From: Candidatus Nomurabacteria bacterium
GTDB lineage: Bacteria > Patescibacteriota > Minisyncoccia > Phycocordibacterales > UBA9973
DNA length: 64,000 nt
Assembly: GCA_943350445.1 (NCBI GenBank)
Contig: CALRAE010000001.1
Location: forward strand, 29,561-93,560
Direction of reading: 5' to 3'
The notes below the pieces were generated by a model. It was not told where the DNA came from, ran no database searches, and saw nothing but the letters and a program-made list of their open reading frames with translations. The stretch's first letter is position 1; each line of letters begins with the position of its first letter. Made by a program: the position numbers and the translations under genes. Positions 20,035 through 28,132 of this stretch are shown here, in pieces.

Positions 20035-20548
20035 AAGAGGTTTCACTTTGATTGAACTTCTGGTGGTAGTTGCCATCATTGGTCTTTTGTCTTCTGTTAT
20101 ACTAGCTTCTTTAAATAGTGCTAGGAGTAAGGCAAGAGATGCAGTAAGATTGTCTGATATAAAACAAATTTCTAATGCATTGGAATTATATTATAGCAAT
20201 AATGGTGTATACCCTTCAGGCCAATTTTTAAGTATTAAAAATACTTCTGATCCTAATAGTGTTTGGCAATGTTGTGGTGGGAGTGCATTCATAGCAGCAT
20301 TAGCACCTTATTTACCAAAATTACCAATTGATCCAAAAAATAATGATGTAACTTGTTATGCAAATGGCGCTCATTTTTACACTTATCAATCATTTAACGC
20401 AGGGAAAAATTATGGAATATATGCTTCACTTGAAAATCCAAAAGCGGGTGCAGCAGACCCAGCTAATTACCCCTGTTGTGCGACGTCTGCTCCCGGCAAC
20501 TGTATGTATAAAGCTACTAATGGAGGGGTGGGAATTGTTCCAAATTAA
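20012..20548 (+). CDS. Type IV pilin/pseudopilin, cassette A
   Basis: KRGFTLIELLVVVAIIG class III signal; ARSKARDA.R; Cys-rich variable tail. Confidence 0.92.
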   Translation: MKIYIKNKRGFTLIELLVVVAIIGLLSSVILASLNSARSKARDAVRLSDIKQISNALELYYSNNGVYPSGQFLSIKNTSDPNSVWQCCGGSAFIAALAPYLPKLPIDPKNNDVTCYANGAHFYTYQSFNAGKNYGIYASLENPKAGAADPANYPCCATSAPGNCMYKATNGGVGIVPN

Positions 20549-20569
20549 TTTGACTAATTACCTCCAAAA

Positions 20570-20608
20570 GCTCGCAAAGCTCGCAAGAAGCTCGCAAGGA
20601 CTGTCCTT
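20570..20608. repeat. Triplicated GCTCGCAA and CAAGG-N5-CCTT palindrome
   Basis: gctcgcaaa gctcgcaagaa gctcgcaaggactgtcctt; matches 5764-5781. Confidence 0.7.
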
Positions 20609-21136
20609 TTGCACTCCGTCAGCCAAACGGCAGACGGAGGCTACGTCCTCGGTGGACTCTCTTGGTCCGGAGTTTCAACCAACAAGTCAGACCCAAGCTA
20701 CGGCTTCGGGGATTACTTGGTGGTCAAGCTTGATGCCTCCGGCAACAAGCAGTGGGACAAGACTTTCGGCGGGTCTGACACCGACGAACTCACCTCCCTT
20801 CAGCAGACCGCTGACGGAGGATTCATTCTCGGTGGATGGTCATGGTCGGGTGTCTCCGGCAACAAGACGACCGCCAACATTGGGGTCTCAAGTTTCTGGG
20901 TCATCAAACTCGACCCTCCACCATCCCTCAGTCTTTCCGCAGTCGGGAAGACAAATGGGTTCAATGCATTCAGGTTGAGTGGGCCTGCCGGGTCTTACTC
21001 GATCCGGGCATCGACGAACTTCGTTAACTGGGTGCCTCTTACGAGCATCACCCTTGACGGCACGAACGCTACTGTCTTCGTGGACACGCAGTCCACGAAC
21101 TACCCCTCTCGGTATTACCGGGCGGTGGGGCAGTAA
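20609..21136 (+). pseudogene. GC-rich 5'-truncated fragment of a beta-propeller surface protein with Verrucomicrobia-like C-terminal domain
   Basis: Starts mid-repeat (QTADGG-Y/F-xLGG, VKLDASGNKQWDKTFGG); ends YSIRASTNFVNW...FVD...RYYRA; abrupt GC/codon shift. Confidence 0.75.
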
Positions 21137-21156
21137 GCCTTCATCTATCACATCGA

Positions 21157-21195
21157 ACGGGCTCTCCTTTTTAGGGGGGCCCTGTTTTGTTTTTT
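21157..21195 (+). terminator. Terminator after foreign fragment
   Basis: gggctctcct-tttt-aggggggccc followed by T-rich tract. Confidence 0.6.
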
Positions 21196-21220
21196 ATAAG
21201 AATGAGTATATAATTTATTT

Positions 21221-21616
21221 ATGGATGAACAATTAAACCTTCAGGGAAATGCAGAGATAGATGCGGCCTTGAAAGAATTTGAAGCCAAGTCTAGTCCTCA
21301 AGCTGTGACTAATAATCCTATAGCACCTGGGATTTCTAGTGTTCCCAAAATGCCAACATCCGGTATTAGTTTTGATACCGATAATTATAGATCTATAAAT
21401 AAAGAAGAGGTTCCTTTACCAAAGATGGTTAAGCTTGTTATGAAGCTTTCTGGTGGAGCGATAAAAGAACAACGACAAGCCGAATATGTCCTGTTGGGGT
21501 TTGTTGCTATAATAATTAGTATTTCCGTCTATTTATTTTTTGGTGCAAATGGATCTCGTCAATCATCTTTTTCTCCGTCTACTGAGCAAATGATGAAAGC
21601 GGGACAGAATAGATAA
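21221..21616 (+). CDS. Single-TM protein, cassette B
   Basis: Paralog of 19618-20034. Confidence 0.8.
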   Translation: MDEQLNLQGNAEIDAALKEFEAKSSPQAVTNNPIAPGISSVPKMPTSGISFDTDNYRSINKEEVPLPKMVKLVMKLSGGAIKEQRQAEYVLLGFVAIIISISVYLFFGANGSRQSSFSPSTEQMMKAGQNR

Positions 21617-21621
21617 AAAAT

Positions 21622-22119
21622 ATGAAATTTTTAAACAAAAATAAAGGTTTTACTTTAATAGAGCTTCTCGTGGTGGTGGCTATCATTGGGCTTCTGGCTT
21701 CTGTTGTTTTGGCAAGTTTGAGTACTGCGAGGGGTAGAGGAAGGGATGCAAAGAGACTTCAAGATATGAATCAGGTTCGTACTGCCCTGGAACTTTACAA
21801 CAGTACAAATAATGCATATCCTAGTACTGGCGGTGCTTGGTGGGGTGTTTGCCCAGCATTTCAAAGCAAAGGAACATCTGGTTTTGGTGGGTACATTCCT
21901 GATCTAGCTCCAACATATATTCCTATTTTACCAACTGAACCAAAACCCACAGCTAATAATACTTGCTATGTTTACCGTTCTGATGGTAGGGATTATATTT
22001 TCTTAGTCTATTTAACTGTAGAGGGCAACATACCGAACTCGTTAAAACGTCCCGGTATTTGGTCAGCCGAGAAGGATTATGCTATTTATACTTCAGCGTC
22101 AGTAGTAGCAGGTTGGTAG
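21622..22119 (+). CDS. Type IV pilin/pseudopilin, cassette B
   Basis: KGFTLIELLVVVAIIG; ARGRGRDAKR; divergent tail. Confidence 0.92.
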   Translation: MKFLNKNKGFTLIELLVVVAIIGLLASVVLASLSTARGRGRDAKRLQDMNQVRTALELYNSTNNAYPSTGGAWWGVCPAFQSKGTSGFGGYIPDLAPTYIPILPTEPKPTANNTCYVYRSDGRDYIFLVYLTVEGNIPNSLKRPGIWSAEKDYAIYTSASVVAGW

Positions 22120-22131
22120 GATAAAAAGGGT

Positions 22132-22160
22132 TTGACTAATAACATCTAATTTGCTAGTAT
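22132..22160 (+). promoter_or_regulatory. Promoter restarting spc genes at S14
   Basis: TTGACT-17-TAGTAT with extended TG. Confidence 0.65.
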
Positions 22161-22276
22161 TTAATCCAAGGGAAATAGGTCTTAGTTAATCCACTTTTCT
22201 CCTTTGATTCTCTATATTTTAGAGGTTTAAAGAAAAAAAGTGAGATATTACAGGGTCTACCCTCAATTATTTATTT

Positions 22277-22462
22277 ATGGCAAAAACATCAGTTATCGCA
22301 AGATCACTTAAAAAGCCCAAGTTTAGCACTCGACAAAAAAATCGATGTTTTCGATGTGGCCGAGGCAATGCTTTCATGCGAGACTTCGGTATTTGCCGTA
22401 TCTGTTTTAGAGAATTAGCAAACGAAGGAATGCTTCCAGGAGTCCGTAAATCAAGCTGGTAG
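22277..22462 (+). CDS. rpsZ: 30S ribosomal protein S14, zinc-binding type
   Basis: 61 aa; CxxC...CRIC; PGVRKSSW. Confidence 0.96.
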   Translation: MAKTSVIARSLKKPKFSTRQKNRCFRCGRGNAFMRDFGICRICFRELANEGMLPGVRKSSW

Positions 22463-22485
22463 TTCGACAAGCTCACTATAAATAA
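22460..22485 (+). repeat. 26-bp exact repeat, copy 2
   Basis: Identical to 16243-16268. Confidence 0.9.
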
Positions 22486-22493
22486 AAAAAATT

Positions 22494-22880
22494 ATGGATT
22501 CAATTTCAAACATGTTAATAGTAATGAAGAATGGTAGTCTTGCAGGCAAGGAGTCTGTGTCTGTTCCATATTCTAAAATGAGGAATGCCATTCTCGAATG
22601 TTTAAAGAAAGAAGGGTATGTGGCTGATATTGCAAAGAAGGTTAAAAAGGATGTGCCAGTACTCGAGGTTGGATTGATCTACACAGAAGATAAGCCAAAA
22701 ATTACTGAAGTAGAGAGAATTTCTAAACAATCAAGACGCGTTTATTTTGGAATGAAAGATATTCATACAGTCAGAAGTGGTTCCGGGTTGCTTGTGCTTT
22801 CAACGCCGAAAGGGATTTTATCAGGAAAAGCCGCTCGAGTAGAGCATGTCGGTGGTGAGGCTTTGTTTAGGATTTGGTAG
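22494..22880 (+). CDS. rpsH: 30S ribosomal protein S8
   Basis: RISKQSRRVY, STPKG, GGE. Confidence 0.97.
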   Translation: MDSISNMLIVMKNGSLAGKESVSVPYSKMRNAILECLKKEGYVADIAKKVKKDVPVLEVGLIYTEDKPKITEVERISKQSRRVYFGMKDIHTVRSGSGLLVLSTPKGILSGKAARVEHVGGEALFRIW

Positions 22881-22903
22881 GAGTAAGTTGTAAATAAAAT
22901 TTT

Positions 22904-23437
22904 ATGTCAAGAATAGGAAAACAAGAAATCGAAATACCAGCAGGAGTCAAAGTCGCACAAAGTGGCGGTGTTTTGACAGTAACAGGCCCAAAAGGTGCCG
23001 TTACTAAGAATTTTCGAGATGACATAACAATTACTGTATCTGATAAGTCTATTTCTTTGAACATAAAGAGAAATGACAAGTTTTCTAAATCTCTCTGGGG
23101 TACTTACGCTGCACACATAAAGAATATGATCGCGGGTGTTGTTACTCCATACCAGAAAAAGCTCATCTTGGAAGGTGTGGGATACAAGTCTGAAGTTAAA
23201 GGCAAGGAGTTTGTCTTTGCTCTAGGATTTTCTCATCCAGTTGTTGTAAAAATTCCAGAAGGCATCACCGCTACTGCTGATAAGAACAACATCACGATTA
23301 CTGGTATCGATAAGGAATTGGTGGGTAGCTTCACAGCATCTATACGTGCTCTAAAGAAGGGTGAGCCTTATAAGGGTAAGGGAATGCGTTATGAAGGTGA
23401 AGTGATCAGACGTAAGCAAGGTAAGAAAACAGTATAA
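22904..23437 (+). CDS. rplF: 50S ribosomal protein L6
   Basis: MSRIGK, EPYKGKG. Confidence 0.98.
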   Translation: MSRIGKQEIEIPAGVKVAQSGGVLTVTGPKGAVTKNFRDDITITVSDKSISLNIKRNDKFSKSLWGTYAAHIKNMIAGVVTPYQKKLILEGVGYKSEVKGKEFVFALGFSHPVVVKIPEGITATADKNNITITGIDKELVGSFTASIRALKKGEPYKGKGMRYEGEVIRRKQGKKTV

Positions 23438-23444
23438 AAGTAAT

Positions 23445-23786
23445 ATGCAAAATAAAACTGACAAAAGAATAAGACTAAAAGCGAAGATAAGATCTAAGAT
23501 ATCGGGTACTAAAGAGCGCCCACGTCTTTCTGTATTTCGTTCAAATAAATTTATTTATGCGCAAGTTATCGATGATGCGGCTGGCAAGACTTTGGTTCAA
23601 GCAAATGATGTAAAGATAACAAAGGGTACCAAGACTGAACGAGCCAAAGAGGTAGGTAAGATGATTGGTGAAGCTTGTAAAAGTGCAAAGATATCCCAAG
23701 TCGTTTTTGACCGCAATGGTTTTAAATACACAGGAAGAATAAAATTAGTAGCAGACGAGGCAAGAGCTGCCGGCCTTCAATTCTAG
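23445..23786 (+). CDS. rplR: 50S ribosomal protein L18
   Basis: RPRLSVFRSN, VVFDRNG. Confidence 0.97.
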   Translation: MQNKTDKRIRLKAKIRSKISGTKERPRLSVFRSNKFIYAQVIDDAAGKTLVQANDVKITKGTKTERAKEVGKMIGEACKSAKISQVVFDRNGFKYTGRIKLVADEARAAGLQF

Positions 23787-23814
23787 ATAGTTATAAAGTT
23801 CATAAAGAAAAAAA

Positions 23815-24390
23815 ATGGAAAAAGATAAAGAAAAAAAGAATAATAATCGACGCAACTCTTCTTTTGGAAGAGTGAAGCCTGAATTTGATCAGAAGATCTT
23901 AAACATCCGTCGTGTCACGAGAGTCGTGGCTGGAGGACGTCGATTCTCTTTTTCTGTAGCACTAGTAGCTGGAGACAAAAAGGGTTCTGTGGGTCTAGGT
24001 CTTGGAAAAGCGGGGGACACAGCTCTGGCAATCAATAAAGCAGTCAGAAACGCAAAGAAGAACATGGTAAGACTTAAGTTGACCAAAACTATGTCTATTC
24101 CTCATGAACTTTCTGCTAAATTCTCAAGTTCCAAAGTCCTCCTTATTCCTAATAAGGGTCGTGGACTTGTGGCTGGTTCAGTTATTCGCGATATCGTGAA
24201 GCTTTCTGGAATGAAAGATGTTACAGCAAAAATTTGGTCAAAGAGCAAAAATAAGTTGAATAATGCAAAGGCGGTGATGGAAGCCTTGTCTATGATTTCT
24301 TCGAAGTATGCAAAGCCTATCCCTGAAAATGTTATTATTGCAAATAAGGAAGTCCCAGTCACTTCGATTGAAAAAGGCGAAAATAAATAA
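23815..24390 (+). CDS. rpsE: 30S ribosomal protein S5
   Basis: RVTRVVAGGRRFSFS. Confidence 0.97.
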   Translation: MEKDKEKKNNNRRNSSFGRVKPEFDQKILNIRRVTRVVAGGRRFSFSVALVAGDKKGSVGLGLGKAGDTALAINKAVRNAKKNMVRLKLTKTMSIPHELSAKFSSSKVLLIPNKGRGLVAGSVIRDIVKLSGMKDVTAKIWSKSKNKLNNAKAVMEALSMISSKYAKPIPENVIIANKEVPVTSIEKGENK

Positions 24391-24401
24391 TATTTAATCA
24401 A

Positions 24402-24713
24402 ATGCAGATACATAATTTAAAGAGACAACATAAGAACAAGATAGACAGACTGATAGGTCGTGGAGGAAAGCATGCCAAGACTGCAGGTCGTGGAGGAAAG
24501 GGACAGACAGCTCGTTCTGGTAACAAGCGTCGCCCAGAACTTCGAGACATCATCAAGAGGTTGCCAAAGAATCGAGGATATAAATTTAAGTCTATTCAGA
24601 ATGGTTATATTTTACCGAGTGACAAACCCTTCCTCAAGGGTGAAAAGTTCTCTGAAATTCGCAAGCGTCTAGGAATAAAGGGAAAGAAGATAGTGATGAG
24701 TATGGGTAAATAG
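24402..24713 (+). CDS. rplO: 50S ribosomal protein L15 (short)
   Basis: GRGG...GRGGKGQTARSG, RLPK; position before secY. Confidence 0.88.
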   Translation: MQIHNLKRQHKNKIDRLIGRGGKHAKTAGRGGKGQTARSGNKRRPELRDIIKRLPKNRGYKFKSIQNGYILPSDKPFLKGEKFSEIRKRLGIKGKKIVMSMGK

Positions 24714-24749
24714 TTTTAAGGTTATCATCCAGTCTTGTCAAAAATAAAT

Positions 24750-26021
24750 ATGCAAAACTTTTTTAATAAAATAAAATTAGTCTGGACAGATACTACTTTA
24801 CGAAAGAGGGTCATATTTGTGCTTGTCACACTCGTGGTCTTCCGTTTACTTGCAGCTATTCCGATCCCAGGCATTGATACTCTCGCACTAAATCGTTTCC
24901 TCGCCAATAATCAGTTCTTTGGAATATTGAATATATTCTCAGGAGGTGGATTGACGAATCTTTCAATAATAATGCTTGGTGTTGGTCCATACATCACTAG
25001 TTCGATCATCATGCAACTTCTCACCATCATGGTGCCTGCTCTAAAAAAGATTTACCACGAAGAAGGTGAAGCTGGTAGAAAGAGATTTACACAATATTCT
25101 AGATTGCTCACTGTGCCACTTGCAGCCATGCAAGGATTTGCCCTTTTGGCCATTTTGGAGAGCCAAAACATCTTGATAAATTTAAGTACTTTTGACCGCA
25201 TCACAAACCTCATAATTGTTGTCGCAGGCTCTCTGTTGCTCATGTGGATCGGTGAGCTTGTATCTGAATTTGGTATCGGTAACGGAGTGTCTTTGATAAT
25301 ATTTGCTGGTATCGTCTCAGCCCTACCTTCAAAGATTGGTCAGCTTATATTTACTTTTGATGTTTCTCAAATTCCACTTTACTTGATGTTTGCTGTATCT
25401 GGCCTACTTGTTATTGCAGGCATAGTACTTGTGACTGAGGCAGAAAGACCTATTCCTGTCACTTATGCCAAGCGTGTTCGTGGTATGAAAATGTACGGTG
25501 GTGGTTCTACTTATTTACCTTTGCGTGTCAATCAAGCTGGAGTTATCCCAATAATTTTTGCTCTATCTATCCTCCTTTTTCCACAAATTATCGGTACTTT
25601 TTTGGCTAGATTTAGTAATGAAATAGTTGCGAAAGTTTCTAGTGTTCTTTTGTCATTTACTCAAGATTCAATATTATATGCAGTACTATATTTCGTATTA
25701 GTATTTCTCTTTACCTACTTTTATACAGCTGTTACTTTTGATCCAGAGGCACTTTCTACTAATTTACAGAAGAATGGCGCTTTCATCCCCGGTATTCGTC
25801 CAGGTGCATCAACCTCTGAATACATTTCAAAGGTCTTGAGTCGCATCACGCTCCTCGGTGCAGCCTTCCTTGGATTTATCGCAATCTTACCTCTTGTGAT
25901 GCAACATCTTACAGGGCTTACCTCTCTAGCTCTGGGTGGTACTTCAGTCCTCATCGTCGTTTCTGTTGTTCTCGACCTGATGAAAAAGGTAAACTCTCAG
26001 ATATCAATGAGGGAGTACTAA
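24750..26021 (+). CDS. secY: Preprotein translocase SecY
   Basis: LGVGPYITSSII, GIGNGVSLIIF, FIPGIRPG. Confidence 0.98.
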   Translation: MQNFFNKIKLVWTDTTLRKRVIFVLVTLVVFRLLAAIPIPGIDTLALNRFLANNQFFGILNIFSGGGLTNLSIIMLGVGPYITSSIIMQLLTIMVPALKKIYHEEGEAGRKRFTQYSRLLTVPLAAMQGFALLAILESQNILINLSTFDRITNLIIVVAGSLLLMWIGELVSEFGIGNGVSLIIFAGIVSALPSKIGQLIFTFDVSQIPLYLMFAVSGLLVIAGIVLVTEAERPIPVTYAKRVRGMKMYGGGSTYLPLRVNQAGVIPIIFALSILLFPQIIGTFLARFSNEIVAKVSSVLLSFTQDSILYAVLYFVLVFLFTYFYTAVTFDPEALSTNLQKNGAFIPGIRPGASTSEYISKVLSRITLLGAAFLGFIAILPLVMQHLTGLTSLALGGTSVLIVVSVVLDLMKKVNSQISMREY

Positions 26022-26059
26022 TCCTTGATTTTCAAGCCTAATTTGTGTATTCTTTTGAT

Positions 26060-26644
26060 ATGAATTCAAAAGCTATTGTTTTTTTTGGGCGTTCTGGTTG
26101 TGGCAAGGGGACTCAAGCTAAACTCTTGGCAGGGGTTTTAAAGTCTCAAGGTAAAGAAGTAATTTATATAGAGACTGGTAGTAAATTTCGCGAACTTTCA
26201 AGCCAAGATACTTTACTCGGAAGGAACGTGGCAGAAATTATAAAAAATGGTTTATTAATACCGGTATTTTTGCCAATTTGGATTTGGACACAAATCATAA
26301 CGGATAATTTTTCCGGAACACAGGATATGATTCTCGATGGTGTGTGTCGTCGTAAAGAAGAGGCAGTGGCGCTCGATTCCACTTTTGATTTTTATAAAAT
26401 AGAAAAACCGAGCATCATCTTAATGAATGTTTCTAAAGAATGGTCTTATTCTCGGATGATGGAGAGAAAGAGGTCTGATGACACGGATGAGAAAATAAAA
26501 AACCGTCTGGAATGGTATGAACGCGATGTTCTCCCATCTATAGAATATTTCCATGCAAAGATAGGGTATAATTTTGTTGAAATAAACGGTGAGCAGACGG
26601 TAGAAAATGTGCATAAAGATATTATTAAAGCTTTAAATTTATAA
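26060..26644 (+). CDS. adk: Adenylate kinase family (short LID)
   Basis: GRSGCGKGTQA, ILDG..R, RSDD; after secY. Confidence 0.85.
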   Translation: MNSKAIVFFGRSGCGKGTQAKLLAGVLKSQGKEVIYIETGSKFRELSSQDTLLGRNVAEIIKNGLLIPVFLPIWIWTQIITDNFSGTQDMILDGVCRRKEEAVALDSTFDFYKIEKPSIILMNVSKEWSYSRMMERKRSDDTDEKIKNRLEWYERDVLPSIEYFHAKIGYNFVEINGEQTVENVHKDIIKALNL

Positions 26645-26647
26645 TTT

Positions 26648-27328
26648 ATGCAAGAAACAATAGTAATTTCACTTGGTGGATCATTGATCGTACCCGAAGA
26701 GATAGATAAGGATTTTCTAAAAGAATTTAAAGATTTAATTCTTTCGAACGTCGCACAAGGGAAAAGGTTTTTAATTGATACGGGTGGAGGCAGAACTTGC
26801 CGAAAGTATCAGAATGTTGCAAAGGAGATTTCTCAAGCCTCAGATATAGATTTAGATTGGATTGGAATTGCTACGAATAATCTAAATGCGGAACTTCTTC
26901 GAGTTATTTTTGGTAAAAGTGCGCAAAGTAAAGTGATTTACGATCTTTCTAAAACATTTCCGTTAGAAAGTCCAATTGTCATAGGTGGTGCATATGAGCC
27001 TGGGCATAGTTCAGACATTGATGCTGTTTTGGCGGCTAAAACACTTGGTGCTAAAAAAATAATTAATTTATCAAACACTGACTATGTATATGACTCTGAC
27101 CCAAAAAAGAATCCAAATGCAAAAAAGATAGAAACAATTTCTTGGGCAAAATACCGTGCGCTTATTCCTGCTGAATGGACATCTGGTCTTAATACTCCTT
27201 TTGATCCTATAGCCTCGAAAATGGCAGAAGAAGAGGGTATCTCGGTAATGATTATGAATGGCAAACCCATCAATAATCTAGCTAAATGTTTAAATGGTGA
27301 GAAGTTTCTGGGTACAATAATTTCTTAG
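26648..27328 (+). CDS. pyrH: UMP kinase, archaeal type
   Basis: SLGGS, GGG...R.YQ, D.IGI, PGHSSD, YDSDP. Confidence 0.88.
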   Translation: MQETIVISLGGSLIVPEEIDKDFLKEFKDLILSNVAQGKRFLIDTGGGRTCRKYQNVAKEISQASDIDLDWIGIATNNLNAELLRVIFGKSAQSKVIYDLSKTFPLESPIVIGGAYEPGHSSDIDAVLAAKTLGAKKIINLSNTDYVYDSDPKKNPNAKKIETISWAKYRALIPAEWTSGLNTPFDPIASKMAEEEGISVMIMNGKPINNLAKCLNGEKFLGTIIS

Positions 27329-27333
27329 TAGTT

Positions 27334-28104
27334 ATGATAATAATAAAGACCAAAGAAGAAATAGAAATACTGCGTGAGGGAGGCAAGCGTCTCGCGACTA
27401 TACTATACAAGGTGAAAGAAATGGTGAAGCCTGGTGTTTCCACCAAGGATTTAGATTTATACGCAGAAAAATTAATTCGTGGAATAGGAGATGTCCCAGC
27501 TTTTTTAAATTATCGTCCAGCTGGAGCCAATACACCCTTTCCTGCGTCTTTGTGTGTTTCTGTGAATGAAGAAGTGGTTCATGGTATTCCAAGTGAAGAG
27601 AAAATATTAAAAGAAGGGGACATAGTATCGATTGATTTGGGTTTAAAACACAGGGGGCTTTTTACTGATATGGCTATTACTGTCGGGGTGGGGGCTGTGA
27701 GTCCAGCTAGTCAAAAGTTGATGGATGTGACAGAGAAGGCATTGCAGGTGGGTATAGACGCTGCGATGGGAGGCAATACAGTCGGGGACATTGGTCATGC
27801 GGTAGAGAGTTTCGTGCGTGGGCAAAAGGGCCTGACCTACGGCATTGTGGAAGTTCTTTCCGGACATGGGGTGGGTAAAGCGATACATGAAGATCCATAT
27901 ATTCCGAATTTTGGTAAAGCTGGCAAGGGCGCAAAACTAGTTCCGGGCATGGTAGTCGCCCTAGAGCCGATGTTGAACAATGGTACAAAGAATGTAACAC
28001 TCGATGAAGATGGCTACACTTTTCGCACCGCGGACGGTAAAAAAAGCGCTCATTTTGAGAAGACGATACTGATAACTGAAGGTGAAGCAGAGGTTTTTAC
28101 CTAA
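27334..28104 (+). CDS. map: Methionine aminopeptidase type I
   Basis: CVSVNEEVVHGIP, GHGVG..IHEDP, SAHFE. Confidence 0.97.
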   Translation: MIIIKTKEEIEILREGGKRLATILYKVKEMVKPGVSTKDLDLYAEKLIRGIGDVPAFLNYRPAGANTPFPASLCVSVNEEVVHGIPSEEKILKEGDIVSIDLGLKHRGLFTDMAITVGVGAVSPASQKLMDVTEKALQVGIDAAMGGNTVGDIGHAVESFVRGQKGLTYGIVEVLSGHGVGKAIHEDPYIPNFGKAGKGAKLVPGMVVALEPMLNNGTKNVTLDEDGYTFRTADGKKSAHFEKTILITEGEAEVFT

Positions 28105-28132
28105 ATTTATCTTTTTGTTATATAATTAACCT

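Noticed and set aside
20358-21236. Overlapping ORFs 20358-20978, 20888-21151, 20979-21236
   Set aside because: Alternate frames of the GC-rich fragment with no recognisable motifs
19600-22119. Diversity-generating retroelement acting on pilins
   Set aside because: No reverse transcriptase in the window and no adenine-specific TR/VR pair seen
16243-22485. CRISPR interpretation of the 26-bp repeat
   Set aside because: Only two copies 6 kb apart; no spacers or cas genes
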